From an uncultured Acidobacteriota bacterium (GTDB lineage: Bacteria > Acidobacteriota > Thermoanaerobaculia > Multivoradales > UBA5704), in assembly GCA_963770895.1 (NCBI GenBank), contig CAVYRF010000002.1:2912001-2976000 (forward strand): a DNA stretch of 64,000 nucleotides, read 5' to 3'. Both the position numbers and the translations under genes were made by a program. The notes under the pieces are model-generated. The model saw nothing but the letters and a program-made list of their open reading frames with translations. It made no database searches and had not been told where the DNA came from. Of the stretch, positions 19,057-30,127 are shown piece after piece (positions within the stretch are counted from its first letter, which is position 1; every line of letters begins with the position of its first letter).

Positions 19057-19872
19057 ATGTACGACGCCTTCTACGGCTTTCAGGAACCGCCCTTCAACAT
19101 CACGCCCGATCCGCGCTTCCTCTTCTTCAGCGACCGGCACCGGGAAGCGTTCAACCACGTCCTGTTCGGCATCCGCGAGCGCAAGGGGTTCATCCAGCTG
19201 ACCGGCGAGGTGGGCGCCGGCAAGACCACGGTGTGCCGCGCCATCCTTGAGGAGCTGGGGCCGGGCGTGCGCACGGCGCTGATCCTGAATCCCTGCCTGA
19301 CCAGCACCCAGCTGCTGCGCGCCATCCTCATCGAATACGGTCTCCGGGCGCCGTCCAAGGCCGATCGCGTCACGCTGCTCGGCACCCTCAACCAGTTCCT
19401 GCTCGACCAGGTGGCGGCCGGCAACGACGTGGTGCTGCTGATCGACGAAGCGCAGGACCTGGACAGCGAGCTGCTCGAGCAGGTGCGGCTGCTGTCCAAC
19501 CTCGAAACCGACCAGCGCAAGCTGCTGCAGATCGTGCTCATCGGCCAGCCCGAGCTGCGCGACATGCTGGAGGAGAAGCGGCTGCGCCAGCTGCGCCAGC
19601 GCATCACCATCCGCTACCACCTGGCGCCGCTCACCCGCGAGGAGACGGAGTTCTACATCCAGCACCGGCTGCACGTCGCCGGCGGCAACGGCCGGCCGAG
19701 CTTCAGCCGCTGGGCGATCCGCGCCGTGCACCGCTATTCGCGCGGCGTGCCGCGCCTGATCAACGCGGTGTGCGACAAGACCTTGCTGTGCGGTTACGTG
19801 GCCGGCACCGACGAGCTGCTGGTGCGCCACGTGCGCCGCGCCGTGCGCGAGCTGGAGGGGAAGGCATCATGA
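19057..19872 (+). CDS. ExeA/GspA-family AAA ATPase
   Basis: MY.AFYGF.E.PF..TPDP.FLF, TGEVGAGKT, LIDEAQ, IGQPEL, GVPRLIN. Confidence 0.9.
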   Translation: MYDAFYGFQEPPFNITPDPRFLFFSDRHREAFNHVLFGIRERKGFIQLTGEVGAGKTTVCRAILEELGPGVRTALILNPCLTSTQLLRAILIEYGLRAPSKADRVTLLGTLNQFLLDQVAAGNDVVLLIDEAQDLDSELLEQVRLLSNLETDQRKLLQIVLIGQPELRDMLEEKRLRQLRQRITIRYHLAPLTREETEFYIQHRLHVAGGNGRPSFSRWAIRAVHRYSRGVPRLINAVCDKTLLCGYVAGTDELLVRHVRRAVRELEGKAS

Positions 19873-20930
19873 GCCTGATCGACGAGGCGCTCAAGCGGGC
19901 GCGGCTGGACGCGGCACGCCAGGATGCGGCGCGCCAGGGCGGCGCCCAGGGCGGCGGTTTCGCCACCCCCTGGACGCACATGCCGCAGGGGCGCCGCCGT
20001 GCCGCCGCTCCCCCTCACCTGGCGCTGATCGCCGGCATGGCCCTGTCGGTGCTGATCGGCGCCGTCGGCGTCATGCTGTTCATCCGCTCCTCGCGTGCCG
20101 CCGGCCCCGCCGCCGGCAACCTCGCCGCCGCGGCGGCGCCGGACGCGGCCGGCGCGGTGGCCGCCGGTGGCCAGGCCGGCAGCGTCGGCGACGGCGGTAC
20201 GGACGCCGTTGCCACCACCACCGGAGCCGGTGCCGGGCGCCTGGATCGCGCCGCTCGCGCCGCGGCGCGCGCCGCGGCCGGCCGCACCGGCATCGCCAGT
20301 GGCGTCAACAGCGCCGGCGGCGAACGGGATGAGCCAGCCGCCGGCAGGGCCGAGCCGACCGAGCGGCGGGCTGGCCTCCGGGGCGGTGCCGCCGGTGCCG
20401 GTGCCGCGGCTGCGGACGCCGCGCCTTCCGGCGGCGTGCCGGCATCCGCGTACGCCGCCGCCCCTGCCGCCGCCCCTGCCGCCGCCGTCCCCGGCGTCGG
20501 CATCACCAGCGCTGCGCCCGGCCTGGCGGCCGGCGCGGGGGGCGCGGCCGGCGGCGCAACGCCGGCGCAGGGGGCGGCGCAGGAGCCGGCTGCCACCACC
20601 GTGATCCCCAGGTTGCCCGCCCCACCGCGGGCCGCGGCCGTGGCGGCGGTCCCCCTGGCCGCCGCGCCGCCTGCTCCGGCCGCCCCCAAGGCCGCCGTGC
20701 ACATGGTGGAGGACGGCGGCAGCTACGCCGGCGAGGTGAAGCTGGACGACGGCAGCACCGTCAAGCTGTCGGGCATCGCCTATACCGAGGCCAGCCCGGC
20801 GGCGGTGATCAACGGCAAGGTGCTGGGGCCCGGCCAGAGCGTCGACGACGTGACGGTGGACCGCATCGAGCCCGACCGGGTGACCCTGCGTCACCGCTCG
20901 GGCATCGTGTTCTACCTGCGCCCGAACTGA
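19869..20930 (+). CDS. ExeB/GspB-like membrane-anchored protein
   Basis: MSLIDEALKRA N-terminus, one TM, Ala/Pro linker, C-terminal LSGIAY...AAVING..LGPG..VD..TV.RIEPDRV domain. Confidence 0.72.
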   Translation: MSLIDEALKRARLDAARQDAARQGGAQGGGFATPWTHMPQGRRRAAAPPHLALIAGMALSVLIGAVGVMLFIRSSRAAGPAAGNLAAAAAPDAAGAVAAGGQAGSVGDGGTDAVATTTGAGAGRLDRAARAAARAAAGRTGIASGVNSAGGERDEPAAGRAEPTERRAGLRGGAAGAGAAAADAAPSGGVPASAYAAAPAAAPAAAVPGVGITSAAPGLAAGAGGAAGGATPAQGAAQEPAATTVIPRLPAPPRAAAVAAVPLAAAPPAPAAPKAAVHMVEDGGSYAGEVKLDDGSTVKLSGIAYTEASPAAVINGKVLGPGQSVDDVTVDRIEPDRVTLRHRSGIVFYLRPN

Positions 20931-21059
20931 AACGCTGGCGGTGGTTGCCACCGGACGGCGCTTTCTGCTGAGATGGGCTGCGGCCGTCGCGGCTGCGCCG
21001 ACCGGAGTCAGGCCGGCGCGCGCGCAGCCCCGCACCGGGCGGCGGCCAAAAGGGAGGTC

Positions 21060-21692
21060 ATGAGCGCGAGCACAGAACCGATCACGCACCTGTTCACCGA
21101 CGTGGGAGGGGTCCTGGCGACCAACGGCTGGGACCACGAGCTGCGCTACCGCACCGCCGACCACTTCGCCGTCGACCGCGCCGAGATGGATGACCGGCAC
21201 CACCTCACCTACGACGTCTACGAGTCGGGCAAGATGTCGCTGGCGGCCTACCTGGACAGCATCATCTTCTACAAGCCGCGCTCCTTCAGCCGCGACGACG
21301 TGATCGCCTACATCCTCGGCCAGGGGCGTGCCTTCCCCGACATGCTCGACCTGGTGGGGCGGGTCAAGCGCCGCCACGGCCTCAAGGTGGCGGTGGTGAG
21401 CAACGAAGGGCGCGAGCTGACCGTCGACCGTATCGCCCGCTTCGGGCTCGACAGGATCGCGGATTTCTTCATCGTCTCGGGCTTCGTGCACCTGCGCAAG
21501 CCCGACCAGGACATCTTCCGCCTGGCCCTGGACATCGCCCAGGTTTCGCCGCGGCGGGTCGTCTACCTGGAAGACCGGCCGCTCTTCGTGGACGTGGCGG
21601 CGGGTCTGGGGCTGCACGCCATCCGGCACCAGGATTGTGAATCCACACGCCAACGCCTGGCCGAGCTGGGCCTGGGCGATCAGGAGAGCTAG
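21060..21692 (+). CDS. HAD-family phosphatase
   Basis: LFTDVGGVL, VVSNE, RKPD..IF, YLEDR. Confidence 0.87.
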   Translation: MSASTEPITHLFTDVGGVLATNGWDHELRYRTADHFAVDRAEMDDRHHLTYDVYESGKMSLAAYLDSIIFYKPRSFSRDDVIAYILGQGRAFPDMLDLVGRVKRRHGLKVAVVSNEGRELTVDRIARFGLDRIADFFIVSGFVHLRKPDQDIFRLALDIAQVSPRRVVYLEDRPLFVDVAAGLGLHAIRHQDCESTRQRLAELGLGDQES

Positions 21693-21694
21693 CA

Positions 21695-23212
<1,518 letters not shown>

Positions 23213-23258
23213 CACCGAACATCGCGGCATCGCGGCACTGCAAACCTGGAGGGTTGCC

Positions 23259-24716
23259 ATGGCAAGGCGCGGCGATCACCTGGAGCGCTGGCGGGGGTGG
23301 GAGAGCGGTCCCTGGCCGAAGCTGCTGGTGGTGGCCGCGGTGGCCGCGCTGACCGGCGGCGGTTGGTGCGCCAGGGTGGCGGCGCTGCCGGCGACGTCGG
23401 TGCTGTCGGCGATGTCGGCGACATCGGCCGGTGAGGGGCCGGCGCCGCGCGGCTGCATCCTGATCTCGATCGACACGCTGCGCTACGACCACCTGGGCTG
23501 TGACGGGTACGCCCTCCCCACCAGCCCGCGGATCGACCGCTTCCGCCAGGACGCCGTGCTGTTCCTCGCCGCCATCGCCCAGGCGCCGTCGACGCTCGCC
23601 TCGCACGCTTCGATGCTGACGTCGCTGCTGCCGCCGCAGCACGGCGCATCGTTCAAGAACGGCACGGCGCTCGCCCCCGGCGTGCTGACGCTGGCCGAGC
23701 TGCTGCGGCGCCGCGGCATCGCCACCGCCTCCTTCAACGACGGCGGCCAGATCTCCCCCGAGTTCGGCCTGGGGCGCGGCTTCGACCGCTACCGCTCGCA
23801 GCAGGTCGGGCCGCGCACCGCGCACCTTGCCACACAGGTCGCCCAGACGATCGCCTGGCTGCGGCAGCACCCGGCGCGGCCGTTCTTCCTCTTCCTGCAC
23901 ACCTACGAGGTGCACCACCCCTACACGCCGGACGCCGCGCACCTGGCGCTGTTCGAGCCGGGACCCTACCGCGGCCCGCTGCCGGCGACGGAGACGTCCT
24001 TTGAGACGCTGGCGCGGATCAACGACGGGTTCCTGCGCCTGGGCGCAGGCGACCTGCGCCACGTCACGGACACCTACGACGGCGAGATCCGCGAGATGGA
24101 CGACGCCTTCGGCACCCTGATCGAGTTTCTCGTCGCCAGCGGCCTGTACGACCAGACGGCGATCCTCTTCACCTCCGACCATGGCGAAGAGTTTGGCGAG
24201 CACGGCAAGGTCGGGTGGCACTCCCACACTCTGTACGACGAGCTGCTGCGGGTGCCGCTGTTGATCAAGTATCCGGGTTCGGCGCACGCCGGCGGCTCGG
24301 TGACGCGCCAGGTGCGCAGCATCGACCTGGCGCCGACCGTCCTGCGCCTGATGGAGCTGCCGGCGGCCGCGGCCTTTCAGGGCCGCGACCTGACGCCGCT
24401 GGTGCAAGGCCACGTGGAGCCGGCGCGACTGGCGGTGGGCAACCTGGACGGCGGCGGCGTGCCCGCCATCCGCACCCAGGGTTGGAAGCTGATCGCCAAT
24501 CACCTGTTCGACCTGGTCCACGACCCCGGCGAGACGCTCGACGTCTCGGCGCGCTACCCCGACATCGCCGCCTTCCTGGCGGCGCGCCGGGACGCCCTGC
24601 TGGCCGGCGCGCCGCCCGCGCGCGGCCCCGTCGCGCACCTGAGCGCCCGCGCCAGCGCCGAGCTGGCCAGCCTCGGCTACATCGACGCCGGCGGCCCCGT
24701 CCTCGACCCCGACTGA
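23259..24716 (+). CDS. Sulfatase-like hydrolase
   Basis: ILISIDTLR.DH, STLASHASM, FFLFLHTYEVHHPY, TSDHGEEF.EHG, LRVPL. Confidence 0.83.
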   Translation: MARRGDHLERWRGWESGPWPKLLVVAAVAALTGGGWCARVAALPATSVLSAMSATSAGEGPAPRGCILISIDTLRYDHLGCDGYALPTSPRIDRFRQDAVLFLAAIAQAPSTLASHASMLTSLLPPQHGASFKNGTALAPGVLTLAELLRRRGIATASFNDGGQISPEFGLGRGFDRYRSQQVGPRTAHLATQVAQTIAWLRQHPARPFFLFLHTYEVHHPYTPDAAHLALFEPGPYRGPLPATETSFETLARINDGFLRLGAGDLRHVTDTYDGEIREMDDAFGTLIEFLVASGLYDQTAILFTSDHGEEFGEHGKVGWHSHTLYDELLRVPLLIKYPGSAHAGGSVTRQVRSIDLAPTVLRLMELPAAAAFQGRDLTPLVQGHVEPARLAVGNLDGGGVPAIRTQGWKLIANHLFDLVHDPGETLDVSARYPDIAAFLAARRDALLAGAPPARGPVAHLSARASAELASLGYIDAGGPVLDPD

Positions 24717-24776
24717 GCCGCTCAGGCCGCGGCGGCGGAGCGGCGCCAGGGAGGCGTGCGCTATCATGCTAGATCG

Positions 24777-25991
24777 ATGACAGCGCCACCCGTCTACACC
24801 AATGAAGAGCTGGAGCGGATGCTGGCTGACCTTGAGTCCGACCTGGTCGAGCGCAAGGAATCTTTCAAGGGTGACATCCCGGGAAAAGTTCGCGAGGCCG
24901 TCTGTGCATTTTCAAATGATCTCCCTGATCATCGGCGCCCTGGCGTCATAATAATCGGTGTTCGCGATGACGGTTCGCCGTCAGGGCTGCCCATCACGGA
25001 TGAGCTGCTGTTGCAGTTGGCGGACATGAAAACAGATGGCAACATATTGCCGCCGCCCTCGCTCACCGTTGCCAAGAAGGTCTTAAGGGGCAGCGACGTC
25101 GCCGTTGTGACAGTGCAGCCAGCGGACTCTCCGCCGGTTCGATTCAAAGGTCGTGTCTTCATTCGCATCAGCTCGCGGCGAGGCATTGCATCCCTGCAAG
25201 ATGAAAGGATCTTGAATGAGAAGCGCCGCTATGGCGACCGGCCCTTCGACGTACATGGTGTTCCAGCAGCCATCTTGACTGACCTTGATCACCGGAGATT
25301 CGAGGAGGAATATCTTCCGTCGGCCGTCGCCCGCGATGTCTTGGCTGCCAACGAGCGGACTCTTGAGCAGCGCCTTGCCGCCGCCAAGATGGTGGTTTCG
25401 GCGGACGAGCCGATACCGACGGTGCTCGGCATCCTGGTCCTGGGCACCCGCACGCGGGACTTCCTGCCAGGTGCCTATATCCAGTTCTTGCGGATAGCAG
25501 GTCGCGATCTTGCCGACCCTATCGTCGACGCTCAGCAGATCGACGGCGCGCTGACGGACCTGTTGCGGCTCATCGATACCAAGCTCTTGGCGCACAATCG
25601 AACGAGTGTGGAGATCAACCCCGATTCGCAAGAGCGCAGGCGATCGCTATATCCGCTTGCTGCGATTCAGCAGCTTGTGCGCAACGCTGTTATGCATCGG
25701 ACCTACGAGGCGACCAATGCCCCGATCCGAGTCCATTGGTATGACGATCGAATCGAGATCCTGAGCCCTGGGGGGCCTTTCGGCTCTGTTACAGTCAAGA
25801 ACTTTGGGCAGCCCGGTATCGCCGACTATCGAAACCCCAATCTGGCGGAAGCTTTGCGAGTCCTAGGGTATGTGCAGCGATTCGGTGTCGGTATTGCGAT
25901 CGCAAGAAGAGCGCTGGTAGAAAACAGCAATCCACTTCCGGAATTTGTAGTGGAGCAGTCGCATGTGGGCGTCATTCTAAGGATGTCATGA
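24777..25991 (+). CDS. Schlafen/AlbA_2 domain + HATPase_c_4 protein
   Basis: ESDLVERKES, AVCAFSN, GVIIIGVRDDG; C-terminal QLVRNAVMHR.Y, RIEILSPGG, RNPNLA, VQRFGVGI. Confidence 0.82.
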   Translation: MTAPPVYTNEELERMLADLESDLVERKESFKGDIPGKVREAVCAFSNDLPDHRRPGVIIIGVRDDGSPSGLPITDELLLQLADMKTDGNILPPPSLTVAKKVLRGSDVAVVTVQPADSPPVRFKGRVFIRISSRRGIASLQDERILNEKRRYGDRPFDVHGVPAAILTDLDHRRFEEEYLPSAVARDVLAANERTLEQRLAAAKMVVSADEPIPTVLGILVLGTRTRDFLPGAYIQFLRIAGRDLADPIVDAQQIDGALTDLLRLIDTKLLAHNRTSVEINPDSQERRRSLYPLAAIQQLVRNAVMHRTYEATNAPIRVHWYDDRIEILSPGGPFGSVTVKNFGQPGIADYRNPNLAEALRVLGYVQRFGVGIAIARRALVENSNPLPEFVVEQSHVGVILRMS

Positions 25992-26983
25992 TGAATACGA
26001 TAGCATTCTTCAATAATAAGGGTGGTGTCGGCAAAACCACTCTTGTTTATCATCTGTCATGGATGTTTGCTGATTTGGGAATCAAGGTGTTGGCGGTCGA
26101 TCTTGATCCGCAGGCTAACCTGAGTGGCATGTTCCTGCCCGACGAGAAAATCGAGGCATTGTGGCCTGAGGGCGAACACCCCAATACGGTGTATGGCGCG
26201 ATCCGGCCACTGTTCGACGGGACCGGCGACGTGGCTTCGCCGCATGTCGAATCGATTTCCGACAAGCTGTACCTCCTCGTTGGTGATCTCGATCTGGCGG
26301 ACTCGGAAGATGAGTTGGGAAGCCAATGGCCGGAATGCCTGGACCGGAAGCCGCGGGCCTTTCGAGTTCTTTCGACGTTCTGGCGCGCTATCGAGGCGGC
26401 TGCCGTAGCTCGCCAGGCGAATCTGGTGCTTATCGACGTCGGCCCCAACCTGGGAGCTATCAATCGCGCCGCGCTGATTTGCGCGCGGCATGTCGTGATC
26501 CCCTTGGCCCCGGATATCTTCTCTCTGCAGGGCTTGAAGAACCTTGGGCCGGCGCTGCGGCGCTGGCGAGAGCAGTGGCGGGAGAGGCGCGACCGTAATC
26601 CTCTGCCGGCTTTATCTATCCCGCCGGGTGAGATGACACCTGCCGGATACATAGTACTGCAGCATGCCGTGCGGTTGGATCGGCCAGTGAAGGCCTATCT
26701 CCGCTGGATGGGGCGAATCCCGGGTATCTATCATCGGGCTGTGCTCGACCAGATGGACACGCCTTCCGATCTGCGCGTGCAGGACGATCCACATCGCCTC
26801 GCTGCGCTCAAGCACTATCGGAGCCTGATGCCTCTGGCCCAGGAGGCTCGTAAGCCGATGTTTTTTCTCACTTCAGCCGATGGTGCCATCGGTGGACATG
26901 CCAAAGCCGTACAGGATTGCTATCGCGACTTCAGCGACCTCGCCCATAGTATCGCCAAGCGTTGTGGTGTGGCCTTGCCTTGA
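25988..26983 (+). CDS. ParA/Soj-family ATPase
   Basis: IAFFNNKGGVGKTT, VDLDPQANLS, LIDVGPNLGAINR, PD.FSLQGL. Confidence 0.88.
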   Translation: MMNTIAFFNNKGGVGKTTLVYHLSWMFADLGIKVLAVDLDPQANLSGMFLPDEKIEALWPEGEHPNTVYGAIRPLFDGTGDVASPHVESISDKLYLLVGDLDLADSEDELGSQWPECLDRKPRAFRVLSTFWRAIEAAAVARQANLVLIDVGPNLGAINRAALICARHVVIPLAPDIFSLQGLKNLGPALRRWREQWRERRDRNPLPALSIPPGEMTPAGYIVLQHAVRLDRPVKAYLRWMGRIPGIYHRAVLDQMDTPSDLRVQDDPHRLAALKHYRSLMPLAQEARKPMFFLTSADGAIGGHAKAVQDCYRDFSDLAHSIAKRCGVALP

Positions 26984-27070
26984 GTGACTGTTCGCCGGCT
27001 GCTGATTGACCGGCGCCCGGATCGCGCGGAGTCCCGTGCCCGACGGATTGCTGATCGTCGCCGGCGCCGC

Positions 27071-29479
27071 TCAGGCGGCGGTGCGGCGCAGGACGTCGAA
27101 CAGGCGGTCGATGTCCTGCTGGTCGTTGTACAGGTGCGGCGCGATGCGGATGGAGTCGCCGCGGATGCTGACGTGGACCCTGGCGTCGCGCAGCGCCTGG
27201 GGCAGGGCGGCGGCAAGGCCGCCGCGCGGGCGGACGCCGATCATGTGGGCGGAGCGCTCCGCCGCCGGCAGGATGCCGTAGCCCAGGTCGGCGGCGTGCT
27301 GCGCGGCGCGGTCGGTGAGCGGCTTGAGCGCCGCTTCGATGGCGGGCACGCCCCAGGCGAGCAGCTGGCGCAGGGCGGCGATCGCCATCGGCGCCAGGAC
27401 GAACTGGGGGAACTCGCCCATGTCGAAGCGGCGGGCGCCGGGGCGGTAGGCGTCGGTGTACAGCGTGAGGCTGGAGAAGTCTTCGCTGCCGGCGCGCGCC
27501 AGCCACGAATGCTCCAGCGGCACGCCGGCGTTGCGCCACCTGGGGGCGGCGTACAGGTAGCCCAGGCCGTAGGGGCCGAGCAGCCATTTGTAGCCGACGG
27601 CGACCAGGAAGTCGGGTTGCACGGCGGCCAGGTCCAGGACGCCGGCGCCGAGAAACTGGCTGGCGTCGACCACCAAGGCGGCGCCGACGGCGCGGGCGCG
27701 GGCGCCGACCGCGGCGAGATCGACCCTGCTGCCGTCGGTCCAGTGGCAGGGAGGCACGGCGACGATCGCCGTCCTGTCGTCGATGGCGCGCAGCAGGGCG
27801 GCGGTCCAGCTCTCGCCGTCCTGGCGGAGCGCCGTCACCACCTGCCCCTGGCGCTTCTGGGCCAGCTCGCGCCACGCGTACACGTTGGACGGGAACTGTT
27901 GATCCAGCACGACGATGGTCTGGCCGGCGGCGCAAGGCAGGTTGGCGGCGGCGACCGCGATGCCGTAGCTGGCGGCGGGCACCAGTGCCACGCCGTCGGC
28001 GTCTGCCCCCATGACCTGCGCCGCCAGGCCGCGCAGCTCTTCGGCGCCGGTGAACCACTCCGCCGACGACAGGCGCCAGGGCGCCGCCTTGGCCCTGACC
28101 GCATCCAGGCCCGCGGCGGTCACCGCCCGCAGCTGCGGCGCCATGTTGGCGCAGTTGAGGAACGTCACGCCGTCGGGGATCTCAAACAGGCCGCGGGCGG
28201 GAGCCAGGACCGCCGACGCCGACGCCCGCGCCGACGAGGCGGGCGGCCCAGCCGCGCCGGACGCCGCGCCGTCGGCAGCGACGGTTGCGCCGGGTGCGGC
28301 GGTGCCGGCCGGCACGGCGACGCGGGCCGGCTGGGTGATCGCCTGGTTGATGGCGGCCAGGCAGCGGTCGATCTCGTCTTCGGTGTTGTAGAAATGCGGT
28401 GCGATGCGCAGGCGGCCGGCGCGCGCGGCGGTGACGATGCGCTGCTCCAGGAGCCGGTCGACCAGGGTCTGGGCGGCGATCGTGGGATGGGTGGCGGTGA
28501 CGATGCCCGACGTTTCGCCGGCACGGCGCGGGGCGGCCAGCCGCAGGCCGCAGGCGGTCAAGCCGGCGGCGGCGCGCTCGGCCAGGGCCAGCACGCGTGC
28601 TTCGATGGCGGCGGCGCCGGCGGCCAGCAGCAGGTCGAGCGAGCCGCCCAGGCCGTGCACGCCGTAGGTGTTGAGGGTGCCGCTTTCCAGCCGCTTGGCG
28701 CCGTCCGCCCAATCGACGTCGAATTCGGTCCACGCCAGCATGTCGCGCATCGAGCGCCAGCCGCTGCGGGTCGGGCGCAAGCGCTCGATCACGCGGTCGG
28801 ACACATAGAGCAGGGCGATGCCCTCGGGGCCGAGCAGCCATTTGTGGGCGGAGGCCGCGGCGACGTCCACCAGGTCGCGCTCCACGTCGAAGGCCAGGGC
28901 GCCCAGCCCCTGGATGGCGTCCACCACGAACAGCGCATCCGCCGCGCGGCAGGCGGCGCCGATGCGCGCCAGGTCGTGGCGGAAGCCGGTCGCGTACTGC
29001 ACCCACGACAGGGCCACCGCGCGGGTGCGTCCGTCGATGGCGGCGACGACCTCCGCCGGGTCGATGCGCCCCTCCCGCTCCGCCACGACGCGGTATTCCA
29101 CGCCGCGGTCGGCCAGGTGCATCCACGGATAGACGTTGGATGGAAAGTCGCCGGCGGCGCCGACCACGTTGTCGCCCGGCCGCCAATCCAGCCCCTCGGC
29201 CACCGCCGACAGCGCGGTGGAGGTGTTTTCTACGAACGCCACCTCCTGCGGCCGCCGCGCGCCCAGCAGGCGCGCCCCGAGCGCCCGCACGCGCTCCGCC
29301 TCGTCGTTGCGCTGCGGCCACTGGCGATCGCCGGACGCCGCGACCGACGCCGCCAGGGCGCCCATCCTTTGGGCGGCGCGCCCGGCGAGCGGACCGATGC
29401 CGGCGTGGTTCAGGTAGAACCACTGGCGGGTGACCGGGAACTCATCTCTCCAGGAGGCGATCGCGTCGGTTGGCATCAT
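27071..29479 (-). CDS. Tandem fusion of two class V PLP-dependent aminotransferase domains
   Basis: Domain 1 YLNHAG, VDAIQ, SAHKWLLGP, RIAPHFYN; domain 2 FLNCAN, VDASQ, VGYKWLLGP, RIAPHLYN. Confidence 0.85.
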   Translation of the reverse strand: MMPTDAIASWRDEFPVTRQWFYLNHAGIGPLAGRAAQRMGALAASVAASGDRQWPQRNDEAERVRALGARLLGARRPQEVAFVENTSTALSAVAEGLDWRPGDNVVGAAGDFPSNVYPWMHLADRGVEYRVVAEREGRIDPAEVVAAIDGRTRAVALSWVQYATGFRHDLARIGAACRAADALFVVDAIQGLGALAFDVERDLVDVAAASAHKWLLGPEGIALLYVSDRVIERLRPTRSGWRSMRDMLAWTEFDVDWADGAKRLESGTLNTYGVHGLGGSLDLLLAAGAAAIEARVLALAERAAAGLTACGLRLAAPRRAGETSGIVTATHPTIAAQTLVDRLLEQRIVTAARAGRLRIAPHFYNTEDEIDRCLAAINQAITQPARVAVPAGTAAPGATVAADGAASGAAGPPASSARASASAVLAPARGLFEIPDGVTFLNCANMAPQLRAVTAAGLDAVRAKAAPWRLSSAEWFTGAEELRGLAAQVMGADADGVALVPAASYGIAVAAANLPCAAGQTIVVLDQQFPSNVYAWRELAQKRQGQVVTALRQDGESWTAALLRAIDDRTAIVAVPPCHWTDGSRVDLAAVGARARAVGAALVVDASQFLGAGVLDLAAVQPDFLVAVGYKWLLGPYGLGYLYAAPRWRNAGVPLEHSWLARAGSEDFSSLTLYTDAYRPGARRFDMGEFPQFVLAPMAIAALRQLLAWGVPAIEAALKPLTDRAAQHAADLGYGILPAAERSAHMIGVRPRGGLAAALPQALRDARVHVSIRGDSIRIAPHLYNDQQDIDRLFDVLRRTAA

Positions 29480-29627
29480 CCCTCTCGCTCTCGATCAGGC
29501 ATCAGGCCCGGGAATAAACCACTCGCTTCGCAGTCTGACACAGTGACATGAAGACCACCTCGCGCAGCGCGCAGCGCACGCTCGTCACCGACCGGCGCCC
29601 GCGCCCTTGTGTTAGCATCCGCTTGTA

Positions 29628-29969
29628 ATGTCCCGACTGCGCGCTGTCCTGCTGCTTTCGCTGCTGGTGCTGCCGCTGGCGCGGGGCAACGCGTTTGGCG
29701 GACGGACCTCCGGCGACACCGGCGACGGCTGCACCATGAGCTGCTGCCGCGCCGGCGCGCACATGCCGGCGGCGTCGGCGTGCGCGGTCCGGCATGCCAG
29801 CTGCCTGCCGCGCCCGGCGGCGGCGTCCCTGTCGGCTTTGCCGCCGTTGGTGGCGCCCGCCGCAACGCGGCTGGTTGCGCCGGCCGCCAGCGGCACCCTC
29901 GACCGCGGCACCGTGGGCTGCCCGCTGCCCGCCTTTGCCGGTCCCCCCGACCAGCCGCCTCGCGGCTGA
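29628..29969 (+). CDS. Small Cys/Met-containing exported protein (DUF2946-like)
   Basis: Signal-like N-terminus, GCTMSCC..HM..C...C, C-terminal PPDQPPR; precedes a probable outer-membrane protein. Confidence 0.5.
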   Translation: MSRLRAVLLLSLLVLPLARGNAFGGRTSGDTGDGCTMSCCRAGAHMPAASACAVRHASCLPRPAAASLSALPPLVAPAATRLVAPAASGTLDRGTVGCPLPAFAGPPDQPPRG

Positions 29970-30127
29970 CCGCCAGCTCCCACAGACCGAAGCGTTCCTG
30001 CTGCCCGGTGGCCGGCCGGCGCGATCTCCATCGCGTCCCTGCCAGGCGCGACGTCCATCGTGTCCATGCCATGCGGGTGCCTGCTCAACTGTCTGGCGGC
30101 CTCCCTGGGGGAGGCGGGGGATCGATC

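Noticed and set aside
25988-26983. ParA as evidence of a plasmid or chromosome partition locus
   Set aside because: No parB, parS-like palindrome or rep gene adjacent.
26984-29551. 855-aa + strand ORF and other long antisense ORFs (e.g. 57800..60682, 52073..54388, 12796..14838)
   Set aside because: Shadow frames of well-supported opposite-strand genes in high-GC DNA, with no recognisable motifs.
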